A program made the translations under genes and the position numbers. This document shows, in pieces, positions 10,851 to 19,787 of a DNA stretch of 64,000 bases (position 1 is the first letter of the stretch; each line of letters opens with the position of its first letter). A model generated the notes under the pieces. It worked only from the letters and a program-made list of their open reading frames with translations, was not told the DNA's origin and made no database searches. The stretch covers positions 124,001 through 188,000 of IMG/VR virus record IMGVR_UViG_3300042549_005931; one strand, written 5' to 3'.

Positions 10851-11163
10851 AGTATAATTTATACAACTCTATTCCTCTTTTATAATCTTGTAGAGAGGTT
10901 GTTAATGGAAATGGAATTCTAATATACGCATTGTCCGGTATTTCAAATTCAAGACTACTGACAGTAGGATTTGCTTGTAATATTAACCAACCATACAAAG
11001 GTGAACCATAAAATTCTTCTGAAATCTTATCTAATCTATCTTTTCCATTTTTATATTGGTGATATTTGTCCGTACCCTTTATTGGTAATTCAATACCCGG
11101 TACAATTTTAAATTCACCATCAACTAAAAAATCCACATACCTATTGTAATATTGTCTACTCAT
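10837..11163 (-). CDS. baseplate wedge protein, gp53/LysM-like
   Basis: DRLDKISEEFYGSPLYGWLILQANP...IRIP is the gp53/tail-X LysM-like signature. Confidence 0.82.
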   Translation of the reverse strand: MSRQYYNRYVDFLVDGEFKIVPGIELPIKGTDKYHQYKNGKDRLDKISEEFYGSPLYGWLILQANPTVSSLEFEIPDNAYIRIPFPLTTSLQDYKRGIELYKLYYGEQ

Positions 11164-14100
11164 TTCTTATAATAGTTTAAGGTGGTACCTAATTTATTTT
11201 GTGCACTCATTATTTTAGTTAAAACCTCAGTATCATATCCCACTTCATTTGTTGGTGTACCGTATGAATATTCAACTTTTTTGTTTACATCATATGTTGG
11301 TACTTTACTATATTTAAATTTCACAGGACTCGGTGTTTCAATAAATTTTTTAAGTTTATCGTCAATTTTACTTATTATTTTATCTGTAAAATTTTTAGAG
11401 TCATTTTTATACAAATCAACAATATTTTTCTTCTCTCCTTGTAAGAATACAGATAATATTTCTTTTAATGTAGCCGTATCTATAGATGATGGATTAAATC
11501 CACTTGATAAGGTATCAACCTTACCACTTAATTTTGTATGATTATCTTTTATGAAATTAATTATTGGACTATATTCTTTATAAAAATTAGTACTACTAAA
11601 TTCACTTACGTTTAAATATAACTCCGTAAATAATTCACCCTCAATTTTACCATCAGACCCATATTGTGTTATAAAGTTCAAACTATCTAATGTTGACGTA
11701 ACGGATTGTCTATATTTTTCCAAATTTTTAATGGATTCCTTATTCATCATACCATCAATGTAACCTTCAACAAACTTAATCATATAAGGTTGTAATATTT
11801 TTTCAGAAGTTGAGCGTAATGATGATGGTATAACACCACTTAAATTTAAAATATCCGTTAAATCATTAGTGTTTATTGCGGTTACCATACCGGTTTTTAA
11901 TCCTCTTGTTTGATTTGATAAATCATCGGATACTTTATATTCACCAAGTAATTCTATCGTTTCATCCGCACCATCTGTTTTTACCGTAAACGTATTTATT
12001 TTTCTATATGTGTTTGAGAAAAATAAACTTACCGGTTTTTCACCGTATAATTTTAATAACTCATTATACGTTTTGTCATATAAATCAAAATATGCCTTGG
12101 TTCCTTCAAACGCCGGGTATATTAAAGATGGATTATAAGATAATTTTTCCCCTTGATTACCAATATATTTACCTTGAATATTTGTAATAGCACCGGCAGA
12201 ATCCGCCTCACTTTTAGGTTTAGTATTTGAAGGTAGATTAAGTCCATCTAAAAATTCTTTTGTGTATTCATCTACCGATTTACCATTAATTTTTGAAGTT
12301 ATGGTTGCTCTTTCATCATACATCTCAGTATTTGCATAGAAGTTTGAACTTAAAGCATTTTGTAATCTATCGACAGGTGCCTCTAAACCTTGTCCACCAA
12401 TAAACGCAATTTGTAATGACACATTTGCAATCATTGGTTGTACTCCAATACCTTCAGGATTTAAATCCCATACGTTATCGTCAAATGTTATATTAACATC
12501 CCTAATAATAATTTTTGAGTGATAAAAATCTCCAACTCTCATAACACAGATTGGTGGTGGACCAAATGATGTATTTCTTGCACCAATATCAAGACTATCT
12601 GAAATACCTTTAACAGGTATAGTATCACCCGGTCTTACACATTGTAATAAGAACGTTAGTCTACTATTCAATCCTTCAGGTGTCATTGAGTGAAATGCCG
12701 GATGGAAATACTTAATCTTCTCACTTAACGACTTAAACGCTAATGGTGAGTCATCTTCTAACTTCTTAAAGTAATAACACTCAGATAACATCTTCATGAT
12801 GATTCTTTGCATCACATTAATGGTTGGTTTTTTAGGTGCCGTACCTGGAATTGTATCATCATATTCCTCCATTAATGTTGTAACCGTTGTAATCGGGTCG
12901 GATACAGTTTCCTTTTGTTTTTGTGGTAATGGGGTATATTCAAGTTTAGCCGTTGCCTGTCTACAGAAAAATGCAATAGGTGCAGTAACTTTTAAACCTT
13001 TTTTAGTTGTAATCTTTTGTTTACAATTTATATTACCTTGTTCACCGGTTGGATTAGAAATATCACTATTTTCACCGTTTGTTGTGAATTTAATATTTAA
13101 TTTACCATCTTTTGCAAATCCTAAATCTTTGAAACTAAACTCTATTGGTAACGAAAATGAACCCGCTAAACCAACCAATTTCTTTACACCATCCGGTGTT
13201 ATCCATTTTTTGTTTAGAATTTCATCACTTGAGGTTCCCATTAAAACGTTTAGAAAATGTTTTAAAATACTGTTACCTCTTCTTACACCTAATAATAGGT
13301 TATAATTGTCGTCAGCAACTTCCGATGTTGCGGTTGTTATTGTTAAAGTAGCGGCATTTACTTCCCCACTTTCAATTTTAGTTTTTAAATCACTAATTTT
13401 AGTATTTAACTCACCAAATGTGGTATCCATAGTTGTGAATCCACCTGTTACAGATGTGGTTTGTCCACTAATTATTTCGTTTTTCTTAGTTGTTAAAGCA
13501 CCACCGGTTAAACCTTTTAATGGATATGGTGATTTAAAAATAACACCTCTATCATGTTCACCAGTTTTACCACTTAATGGACCAATAAGTAATTCATTTA
13601 AATCCTCAACCAATAATTTTATATACGAATCTTTTTTATTTTTATAATCGGTATATGTGTCGGCATATGTTTGACTAGCAACCGTATCACTTGACCCAAC
13701 TTTAGGGAAATCGTTTCGGAAATATAATTTTGCATTATAATTTACCGGTTCTCCACCTTTTGGTGGTGGTAATTGTGTTATAGGTACACCGGGGGTTGTT
13801 ATGGTTGTTGTAATTGGTCTCCATTTTTTAATGGTTACAGGGTCAGGATTATCACCTGAATTAAGATATGTCTGAATTAATATAGCATCCTCAATATCAA
13901 TAGTGATATAAGTTTTTAATAACTCATATAAATCTAAATCTTTACAACCAGCAAAGAAAGCATTGATATAATTGTCGGCTTCAGCTTCACTCATATCCTT
14001 GAATAAGTCTTGTGACATTAAATTCATAATACTTGGGTGGTCAACAATTACTTTAAATGAAACTTGACCACTTCTTGATGTGTTTTGATATGTGTAAATT

Positions 14101-15977
14101 GGTTCTGGTCTACCAATAAAACTATTCTCATCCCATCTTGCATTATTTTGTTCAGACACCTTTAAATCATATGGCGGAAACCACATTACACGACCACCGT
14201 TTGGTCCTCTTTCACATGCCGGTAAATCCGAAACTCTAAAACCATCGGTATTGGAACTCTTCCAAGCTAAGTTTTCAAGTGAAAACATATATTTTTTAGC
14301 GTAAAAATCACCTGAACCTTGTGTTTTTTCAACTATATTTGTTGAACCATCAAATGAACGTTTACCATTTGACATCGGCGCAATGTTTAAATTCCAAACT
14401 CTACTATCACCACCTAATACACTTGAATCAAACTTTCTAATATTTGAAGTTTTTTTCATTGTATCTGAATAATTCATATAACCTCTATCCTTTGTCCACA
14501 CTCTACAATACTCCACACCAGCTTCATCACTTGAATATTTATCAGTATATTTTATTGCAGAACCTCTTGATATTCTTGTGTCACCATCAACAAATACTCT
14601 ACTTGTTTGGTCAATAACATTTGCAACATGTGAACGAGACGCTCCACCATCTGATGGCATTGAATCTAATATTCTTTGAGTTTCTCCTAAAATTGAATCG
14701 TCTCTAAAACCATACTTGGTTGATAATGTCTCTTCAAATATTGATTGTTCCTGATTTGTATATTCGGCATTATTTGAACCTAACTTATTTTTTGAATTTT
14801 TACTATACCATGTTAAATTACCACCAATACTTCCACCTTCTGTAATATTTTTAGATTTGTGAAAAATTTCAGCCGAAACTTTATCAAACATTAATGAAAG
14901 ATAATAACTACTTCTAACGGGTCTATCGTTAAAATCACTCATCGCAAATTTTACATTATCACCCCTATCATCACCAATATACGCACTACCCTTAGGTGCT
15001 TCAAGACCTAAAACATTTTTTACACCTTGAGCCACATCATCAATAAAATTAAAAACTTTTGATGTATTTTGTGAACGAGCGGTTGTTGTATAGTCCGGTG
15101 CGTATTTTGAAAAAGCTAAACTATTGAATAATGACTGTTTTGGACCTTGACCCATATACTCAATAAGAAGGTCAGAAGGTTTTCTTGAATCTAATGGTCT
15201 TCTTTGAATACCAATTAATGAACCAATTGCCCCTGTAGCATCTTGTAAAAATTTACCGACTTCTGTTGTCGCCACAGGTCTTGTGTTGGATGGTCCGTTA
15301 AATGGGTTGGTTAAATAATCTCCAGGAATTTCTGTAAATGGAAGTGTTACACCGGCAACACTCTGTAAAAAATCAACAGCTTTACCGGGTAATGTTTTTG
15401 CTACAGTGATACTATTATTAAATTCAACTAATGGTTCTCTACCTGTAAGTAAATTAAGTGCGGTCGACGTATTACCATTTAACGCATCTATTAATCTTAC
15501 CTTACCATTGATTGTTTTTTCAATATTACGAGTTAATCTCGAATAAATTGGTCCTTCAGGACTATTTTTAATATAAGAAGACGCAAATTGAAATAATTTT
15601 GATTCGGAATCATATGCACTCGCATTTAAGATACCATATAAATTATATTTTGGTGGTTCAACATCAAAATATGGATATAATCTTAAAGGTAAACCAGTTT
15701 GGTCTAAAATATTTGTGTTTAATACTCTATCTAATCCTTCATAACCGTCTATTGGTCTGTAAAGATTAATATTGGAAGTTCTATTTAAAGTGTCTTCACG
15801 GTTCATTGTGTCATTTACAACAACATCACCGGAATTTGTATTTGGTAAGCTACTTAAATTATTATATGCATAGGTTGAATTAGTAAAAGTCTGAGGACCA
15901 TTTGGTTGATTCAGTGTTTTCCCAATGATAAAATCTCTAAATTTTTTGGTTGAGTCGAAATCTAAGTAACTTGGCAT
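11160..15977 (-). CDS. large baseplate/tail-tube initiator protein with an inserted OmpA-like domain
   Basis: Tube-fold halves (FPPYDLKVSEQNNARW..IGRPEPIYTY..TSRSGQVSF and PPICVMRVGDFY..IIIRDVNITFD..PMIANVSL) flank YN..LGVRRGNSI. Confidence 0.6.
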   Translation of the reverse strand: MPSYLDFDSTKKFRDFIIGKTLNQPNGPQTFTNSTYAYNNLSSLPNTNSGDVVVNDTMNREDTLNRTSNINLYRPIDGYEGLDRVLNTNILDQTGLPLRLYPYFDVEPPKYNLYGILNASAYDSESKLFQFASSYIKNSPEGPIYSRLTRNIEKTINGKVRLIDALNGNTSTALNLLTGREPLVEFNNSITVAKTLPGKAVDFLQSVAGVTLPFTEIPGDYLTNPFNGPSNTRPVATTEVGKFLQDATGAIGSLIGIQRRPLDSRKPSDLLIEYMGQGPKQSLFNSLAFSKYAPDYTTTARSQNTSKVFNFIDDVAQGVKNVLGLEAPKGSAYIGDDRGDNVKFAMSDFNDRPVRSSYYLSLMFDKVSAEIFHKSKNITEGGSIGGNLTWYSKNSKNKLGSNNAEYTNQEQSIFEETLSTKYGFRDDSILGETQRILDSMPSDGGASRSHVANVIDQTSRVFVDGDTRISRGSAIKYTDKYSSDEAGVEYCRVWTKDRGYMNYSDTMKKTSNIRKFDSSVLGGDSRVWNLNIAPMSNGKRSFDGSTNIVEKTQGSGDFYAKKYMFSLENLAWKSSNTDGFRVSDLPACERGPNGGRVMWFPPYDLKVSEQNNARWDENSFIGRPEPIYTYQNTSRSGQVSFKVIVDHPSIMNLMSQDLFKDMSEAEADNYINAFFAGCKDLDLYELLKTYITIDIEDAILIQTYLNSGDNPDPVTIKKWRPITTTITTPGVPITQLPPPKGGEPVNYNAKLYFRNDFPKVGSSDTVASQTYADTYTDYKNKKDSYIKLLVEDLNELLIGPLSGKTGEHDRGVIFKSPYPLKGLTGGALTTKKNEIISGQTTSVTGGFTTMDTTFGELNTKISDLKTKIESGEVNAATLTITTATSEVADDNYNLLLGVRRGNSILKHFLNVLMGTSSDEILNKKWITPDGVKKLVGLAGSFSLPIEFSFKDLGFAKDGKLNIKFTTNGENSDISNPTGEQGNINCKQKITTKKGLKVTAPIAFFCRQATAKLEYTPLPQKQKETVSDPITTVTTLMEEYDDTIPGTAPKKPTINVMQRIIMKMLSECYYFKKLEDDSPLAFKSLSEKIKYFHPAFHSMTPEGLNSRLTFLLQCVRPGDTIPVKGISDSLDIGARNTSFGPPPICVMRVGDFYHSKIIIRDVNITFDDNVWDLNPEGIGVQPMIANVSLQIAFIGGQGLEAPVDRLQNALSSNFYANTEMYDERATITSKINGKSVDEYTKEFLDGLNLPSNTKPKSEADSAGAITNIQGKYIGNQGEKLSYNPSLIYPAFEGTKAYFDLYDKTYNELLKLYGEKPVSLFFSNTYRKINTFTVKTDGADETIELLGEYKVSDDLSNQTRGLKTGMVTAINTNDLTDILNLSGVIPSSLRSTSEKILQPYMIKFVEGYIDGMMNKESIKNLEKYRQSVTSTLDSLNFITQYGSDGKIEGELFTELYLNVSEFSSTNFYKEYSPIINFIKDNHTKLSGKVDTLSSGFNPSSIDTATLKEILSVFLQGEKKNIVDLYKNDSKNFTDKIISKIDDKLKKFIETPSPVKFKYSKVPTYDVNKKVEYSYGTPTNEVGYDTEVLTKIMSAQNKLGTTLNYYKK

Positions 15978-16067
15978 TTATTTATATTTTATAATAAATA
16001 GATGAATATTATTTTCCTTTTCTTTTGTTCGGAGTTAAATTAACAAATCCTTTGGTATTTTTATGTG

Positions 16068-18002
16068 TTAAGCGTATTCTCTTGGGTTTACAGTCCTTGC
16101 AGCAAAACCGACTGCCGCATTTTTTCTTGCAGCTTCCGCAAATATGTCACCACCAGGATTTGATATAATATTGTGAGTATATTCAACTTTCTGTGGTGAT
16201 TGTTGTTGTACCGAAGCTATTGGATTTGGTGTCATTGTTTTTGTTAAATTATCTCTAATTATTTTTGCCTTCTCCATCCAACTTTCATAACTTGTTACGT
16301 CTAAATCTTTAATCGCATTAACAACATTTTTACCAGATTCTTGTGCCTTTTTAGGATTAGAGTCTAACTGTGTCTTTGATATTGTGTTCAGTAACTCTTT
16401 CATCTCTTTACCAAGTGCTGCCTCACCCATACCTTTTGCAAAATTTGCCGCCTGCACTTTAGCCCAAGTTGCCATAACCTCAATACCTTTTACCATTTGT
16501 TGAGTTTCTGTAAGTTGTTTCATCGCCATATCTTTAGGGCTCATATCTTCAAATGCCTTTTTGTTTGCCAATAACACATTCTTTTGTTCTTCGGTTAATT
16601 TAGATAATGTGATTTCACTTTGTTTACCTAATTTATCTTGTAAACTTTCAGGTACCACAATCTTCATTTCACCATCCTGCATTCTACTTAAGTTGGTAAT
16701 GAATTCTCTATCCTTATCGGTCATTGTTAATCCTCGAGACATTAGAGCTGTTGATGCTGCAACCCTTTCTTGTGCGGCAACTGCAGTTTTACCCAATTCT
16801 TCCATCGTCATACCTAACGCACTAGCCATTTCTCTTCCTCTTCTTAAGTTTATTCCTGTAATCTCAAATCTTCCTTGTGCTTGGTTATATGTTGCCAATC
16901 CTTTTGCCGCCCCAATTATCGAGTCTTGTAATCCCTCCATATTATTGGTAGATTCGTACATCATTTTTATTGGGTCACCCAAAGAACCTACAGCACCACC
17001 TAACACTTGTAATTTAGCCGCCATATCAATTGCACCATCAGGATTCATAACATCTTCAGCAACCTTAGCGACCTTATCCATACTTAATTTAAACTCAATG
17101 GATTTTTGAACCATTCTCTCTAAACCCTCAACACCGTTTTTAAAACCATATTCATTTAATTTACCGACACTATTTTTTATTTCAGTTGCAACCTTTGATG
17201 CATTTAATCCTAATGAAACTGACCTTGTTGCTGATTTACCAATAGCTTCTGTGGCTTCTTTAGCCCCAATACCAACTTTTTCATATTCACCAAGACTACC
17301 GGCCAATTCGGATAATGTCATGTTTAACGATGCTGCAACAGGTAATGCTTGTTCAATTGTTTGACTATTAATTAATGCAAATTTTCCTGATTGGTCAACT
17401 AAGGTTGTGTAGAACGAACCAATATCAGCTAATTCAAATCCATATCTTTTAGCCTCACCCTGAGCCGCAATCATTGACAGTTGGAGTCCGTCTGATAATT
17501 CACCACTAATACCTGTTTTTGTATTAATTTCCGACAATAAAACAGATTGTTCTTTTAATTGACCTAAAACCGCCTCACCTCCTTGTTTCGCTAACGACAT
17601 CGCTCCACCAAGAAAACCTTGCGTTTTTATTGTTTCTGCAATTTGTAAAAGAGTTTCATCACCTTGACCCTTACCTATTTGGGTCTCTAACGCCAATTTT
17701 GCTCCACCGGCAACAACTTTCACCGCACCATCAACAAGACCAAAAGCCGACTTTATACCACCGGTTAACGTGTTAATTGCATTTCCAACAAATCCTTTAT
17801 CACCAGTGGGTAATTCGGGTGTTTTGGTGAGACCACCACCAGTAAAACTTGTACTACTACCACTACTATTACCAATATTATTTTGCATTTTTTTAAATTG
17901 GTCATAAAGTTTACCCGCATTCGGGTCATTAGCGTTTTTGGAAATAAAATCACTTCTACTTGATGATTGATTAAATATGTCTAATGGAGTTAAGTTTGCC
18001 AT
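16068..18002 (-). CDS. tail tape measure protein
   Basis: Ala/Gly/Met-rich helical protein downstream of the tube and chaperone genes and upstream of the baseplate genes. Confidence 0.72.
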   Translation of the reverse strand: MANLTPLDIFNQSSSRSDFISKNANDPNAGKLYDQFKKMQNNIGNSSGSSTSFTGGGLTKTPELPTGDKGFVGNAINTLTGGIKSAFGLVDGAVKVVAGGAKLALETQIGKGQGDETLLQIAETIKTQGFLGGAMSLAKQGGEAVLGQLKEQSVLLSEINTKTGISGELSDGLQLSMIAAQGEAKRYGFELADIGSFYTTLVDQSGKFALINSQTIEQALPVAASLNMTLSELAGSLGEYEKVGIGAKEATEAIGKSATRSVSLGLNASKVATEIKNSVGKLNEYGFKNGVEGLERMVQKSIEFKLSMDKVAKVAEDVMNPDGAIDMAAKLQVLGGAVGSLGDPIKMMYESTNNMEGLQDSIIGAAKGLATYNQAQGRFEITGINLRRGREMASALGMTMEELGKTAVAAQERVAASTALMSRGLTMTDKDREFITNLSRMQDGEMKIVVPESLQDKLGKQSEITLSKLTEEQKNVLLANKKAFEDMSPKDMAMKQLTETQQMVKGIEVMATWAKVQAANFAKGMGEAALGKEMKELLNTISKTQLDSNPKKAQESGKNVVNAIKDLDVTSYESWMEKAKIIRDNLTKTMTPNPIASVQQQSPQKVEYTHNIISNPGGDIFAEAARKNAAVGFAARTVNPREYA

Positions 18003-18022
18003 ACATATAAATAGAAGAGTTA

Positions 18023-18181
18023 TTATTTTTCAGACTCTAATTCGATAATATAATTTACGTAATATCTTCTAATAAAAATAGGCATAGAAAGAATATCACC
18101 ATATGTGAATCCTTTCTTAACTAAAAATAAAATTTCGTCTAATTGATTTTTTCTATATTCCGAAGAAAGGGCGAAAAAATT
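18023..18181 (-). CDS. start-less 52-codon frame (gp51-like / gpT-type chaperone extension), probably reached by frameshift
   Basis: Open frame NFFALSSEYRKNQLDEILFLVKKGFTYGDILSMPIFIRRYYVNYIIELESEK fills the gap; no ATG/GTG/TTG before codon 33; overlaps the 3' end of 18153..18902. Confidence 0.75.
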   Translation of the reverse strand, partial: NFFALSSEYRKNQLDEILFLVKKGFTYGDILSMPIFIRRYYVNYIIELESEK

Positions 18182-18902
18182 CTACCCCGAATCCAATTTC
18201 AACTTGGATTGTGTCTCCTGACGGGGTTGTGATTGCTTGGGTTAAATCCAACCCCGGTTTATTTGCTAAAACATATTTTCTAAACTCTTGAGAATCTTTA
18301 ATAGGTAAATTTTCTACGAAGTTGTGAATGTTCATAATATCTTTATTACCACCAACCGATTTAATCATAAATTCAAGTTGTTTAGTAATTATCGGTGCAA
18401 CACCTAATCCGTTCCAATTTTTTTCAAGTTCATCAAGTTCTTTTAATTGTTTTACAGTTAAAAAATTAAACGTAATATTCACTTGACTTTTATTCATGAA
18501 AAATGGATACTCACCGTTTGCGTCTTCTTGTAAATTAAAATCTTTGACTTTAAGTGTTGTTAAATCAACTTTGGTGGTAAATGATTGATTAGTTTTTGGG
18601 TCTGTTGTTGTAATAGAATATTCTGTCCCAAATGAGGTATTTCTTAAAAATATTAAAATTGCTTGTTTGTCTTCTTCAATTAGTTCATCGATTGATAAAT
18701 CTCTATCTAAAATTTTTCTTTTTAATAATTCATCAGTCATTGTTCCAGAAATTAACAACATATTTGATGATAAAATATTTTCATCTGCAGCAGTTAAAAA
18801 GGATACCTTAACTGATTTCTTCTTATTTTTGTAGTAAATTCCTCTACTTGGTAATTCAACCACATCGTATGCGATAGTTGGGTCTATTCTATATTCTTCC
18901 AT
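18153..18902 (-). CDS. tail assembly chaperone / baseplate hub assembly protein (gp26-like)
   Basis: VELPSRG.YY, FLTAADENIL, AILIFLRNTSFG and C-terminal GVEFFRP; lies between tube and tape measure. Confidence 0.78.
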   Translation of the reverse strand: MEEYRIDPTIAYDVVELPSRGIYYKNKKKSVKVSFLTAADENILSSNMLLISGTMTDELLKRKILDRDLSIDELIEEDKQAILIFLRNTSFGTEYSITTTDPKTNQSFTTKVDLTTLKVKDFNLQEDANGEYPFFMNKSQVNITFNFLTVKQLKELDELEKNWNGLGVAPIITKQLEFMIKSVGGNKDIMNIHNFVENLPIKDSQEFRKYVLANKPGLDLTQAITTPSGDTIQVEIGFGVEFFRPFFGI

Positions 18903-18950
18903 AACCTATAATTTATATAATATATAGTTGAAAGTCAAGTTTTTGAGCAT

Positions 18951-18999
18951 AATAAAACCGGAAACCATTAGACAGATTTACTATTTTGGTTTCCGGTTT
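18951..18999 (-). terminator. 13-bp perfect stem-loop after the tail tube gene
   Basis: AAACCGGAAACCA (18955-18967) / TGGTTTCCGGTTT (18987-18999), 19-nt loop. Confidence 0.65.
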
Positions 19000-19017
19000 A
19001 AATAAATTTTTAAAATA

Positions 19018-19506
19018 TTAGTAAACTTGAATACATCTATCCATTCTCAAGTTACAAGTAATTGAAGCAATGGCGTCTTGACTATAATCCAAACTACCAA
19101 AATCTAAACTTGTTAAGAATGTTCCTTGGATAATCCATTTTTCCACAACAACACCTGTTGGGTCTAACATTTCTAATTCAATATCTTTCTTATATCCAGC
19201 AGCATAACCCATACGACCAGTTACTGATTCTGCATGTAAACGAAACCATTCCATCAATGCTTGTGAAGCTGAAGGTCCAATTGGGTCCTTAAACGTAACA
19301 TTCATTTCATCCCAAGTAAATCTACCAGCAACATATGTTGATGTATTTAAAAAAGGAATTTCAGTTGAAGTAATTTTAGCTGAAGGTCTTTTAGTTGATG
19401 TTACATACCATTCATTGATACCCATAGAAGAAGGGAATCTTAGAATAAATCTATTTTGTCTTTTCGGTTCAAATGGAACCGGCATTTTCATTAGTAAATC
19501 TGCCAT
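19018..19506 (-). CDS. tail tube protein (T4 gp19-like)
   Basis: FEPKRQNRF, YVAGRFTW, YKKDIELEMLDPTGVVVEKW; directly downstream of the sheath. Confidence 0.92.
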   Translation of the reverse strand: MADLLMKMPVPFEPKRQNRFILRFPSSMGINEWYVTSTKRPSAKITSTEIPFLNTSTYVAGRFTWDEMNVTFKDPIGPSASQALMEWFRLHAESVTGRMGYAAGYKKDIELEMLDPTGVVVEKWIIQGTFLTSLDFGSLDYSQDAIASITCNLRMDRCIQVY

Positions 19507-19626
19507 TTTGTATTTGTTAAATTTTTCTTTATTTTACTCTTATAAATATATAATATTTAAAAAAGTCATTTATTTTCTATTAATTATTTGACTTTGTCGT
19601 TTTTTTTGTTTAGTTTTTTACAAACA

Positions 19627-19739
19627 CCCAGTATTACTAGTTCCAGTATAACTTAATTTCTTTTATTTTACTAGAAAATTATTAATAATAAAGCTTATTA
19701 ATATAAATACTAGTATTACTAGTTCCAGTTTATACTGGG
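19627..19739. repeat. intergenic direct and inverted repeat element
   Basis: AGTATTACTAGTTCCAGT at 19630-19647 and 19712-19729; terminal inverted CCCAGTAT/ATACTGGG; central TATTAATAA/TTATTAATA. Confidence 0.85.
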
Positions 19740-19740
19740 C

Positions 19741-19770
19741 AAAAAAATGGGGATACCATCGTACCCCCAA
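19741..19770 (-). terminator. probable terminator after the sheath gene
   Basis: Imperfect GGGGTAC..GTATCCCC stem followed by T7 on the minus strand. Confidence 0.55.
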
Positions 19771-19787
19771 ATTCCCTTTAATTCATA

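Noticed and set aside
19627-19739. Mini CRISPR array
   Set aside because: Only two 18-bp repeats with a 64-bp AT-rich palindromic spacer, and no cas genes in the window
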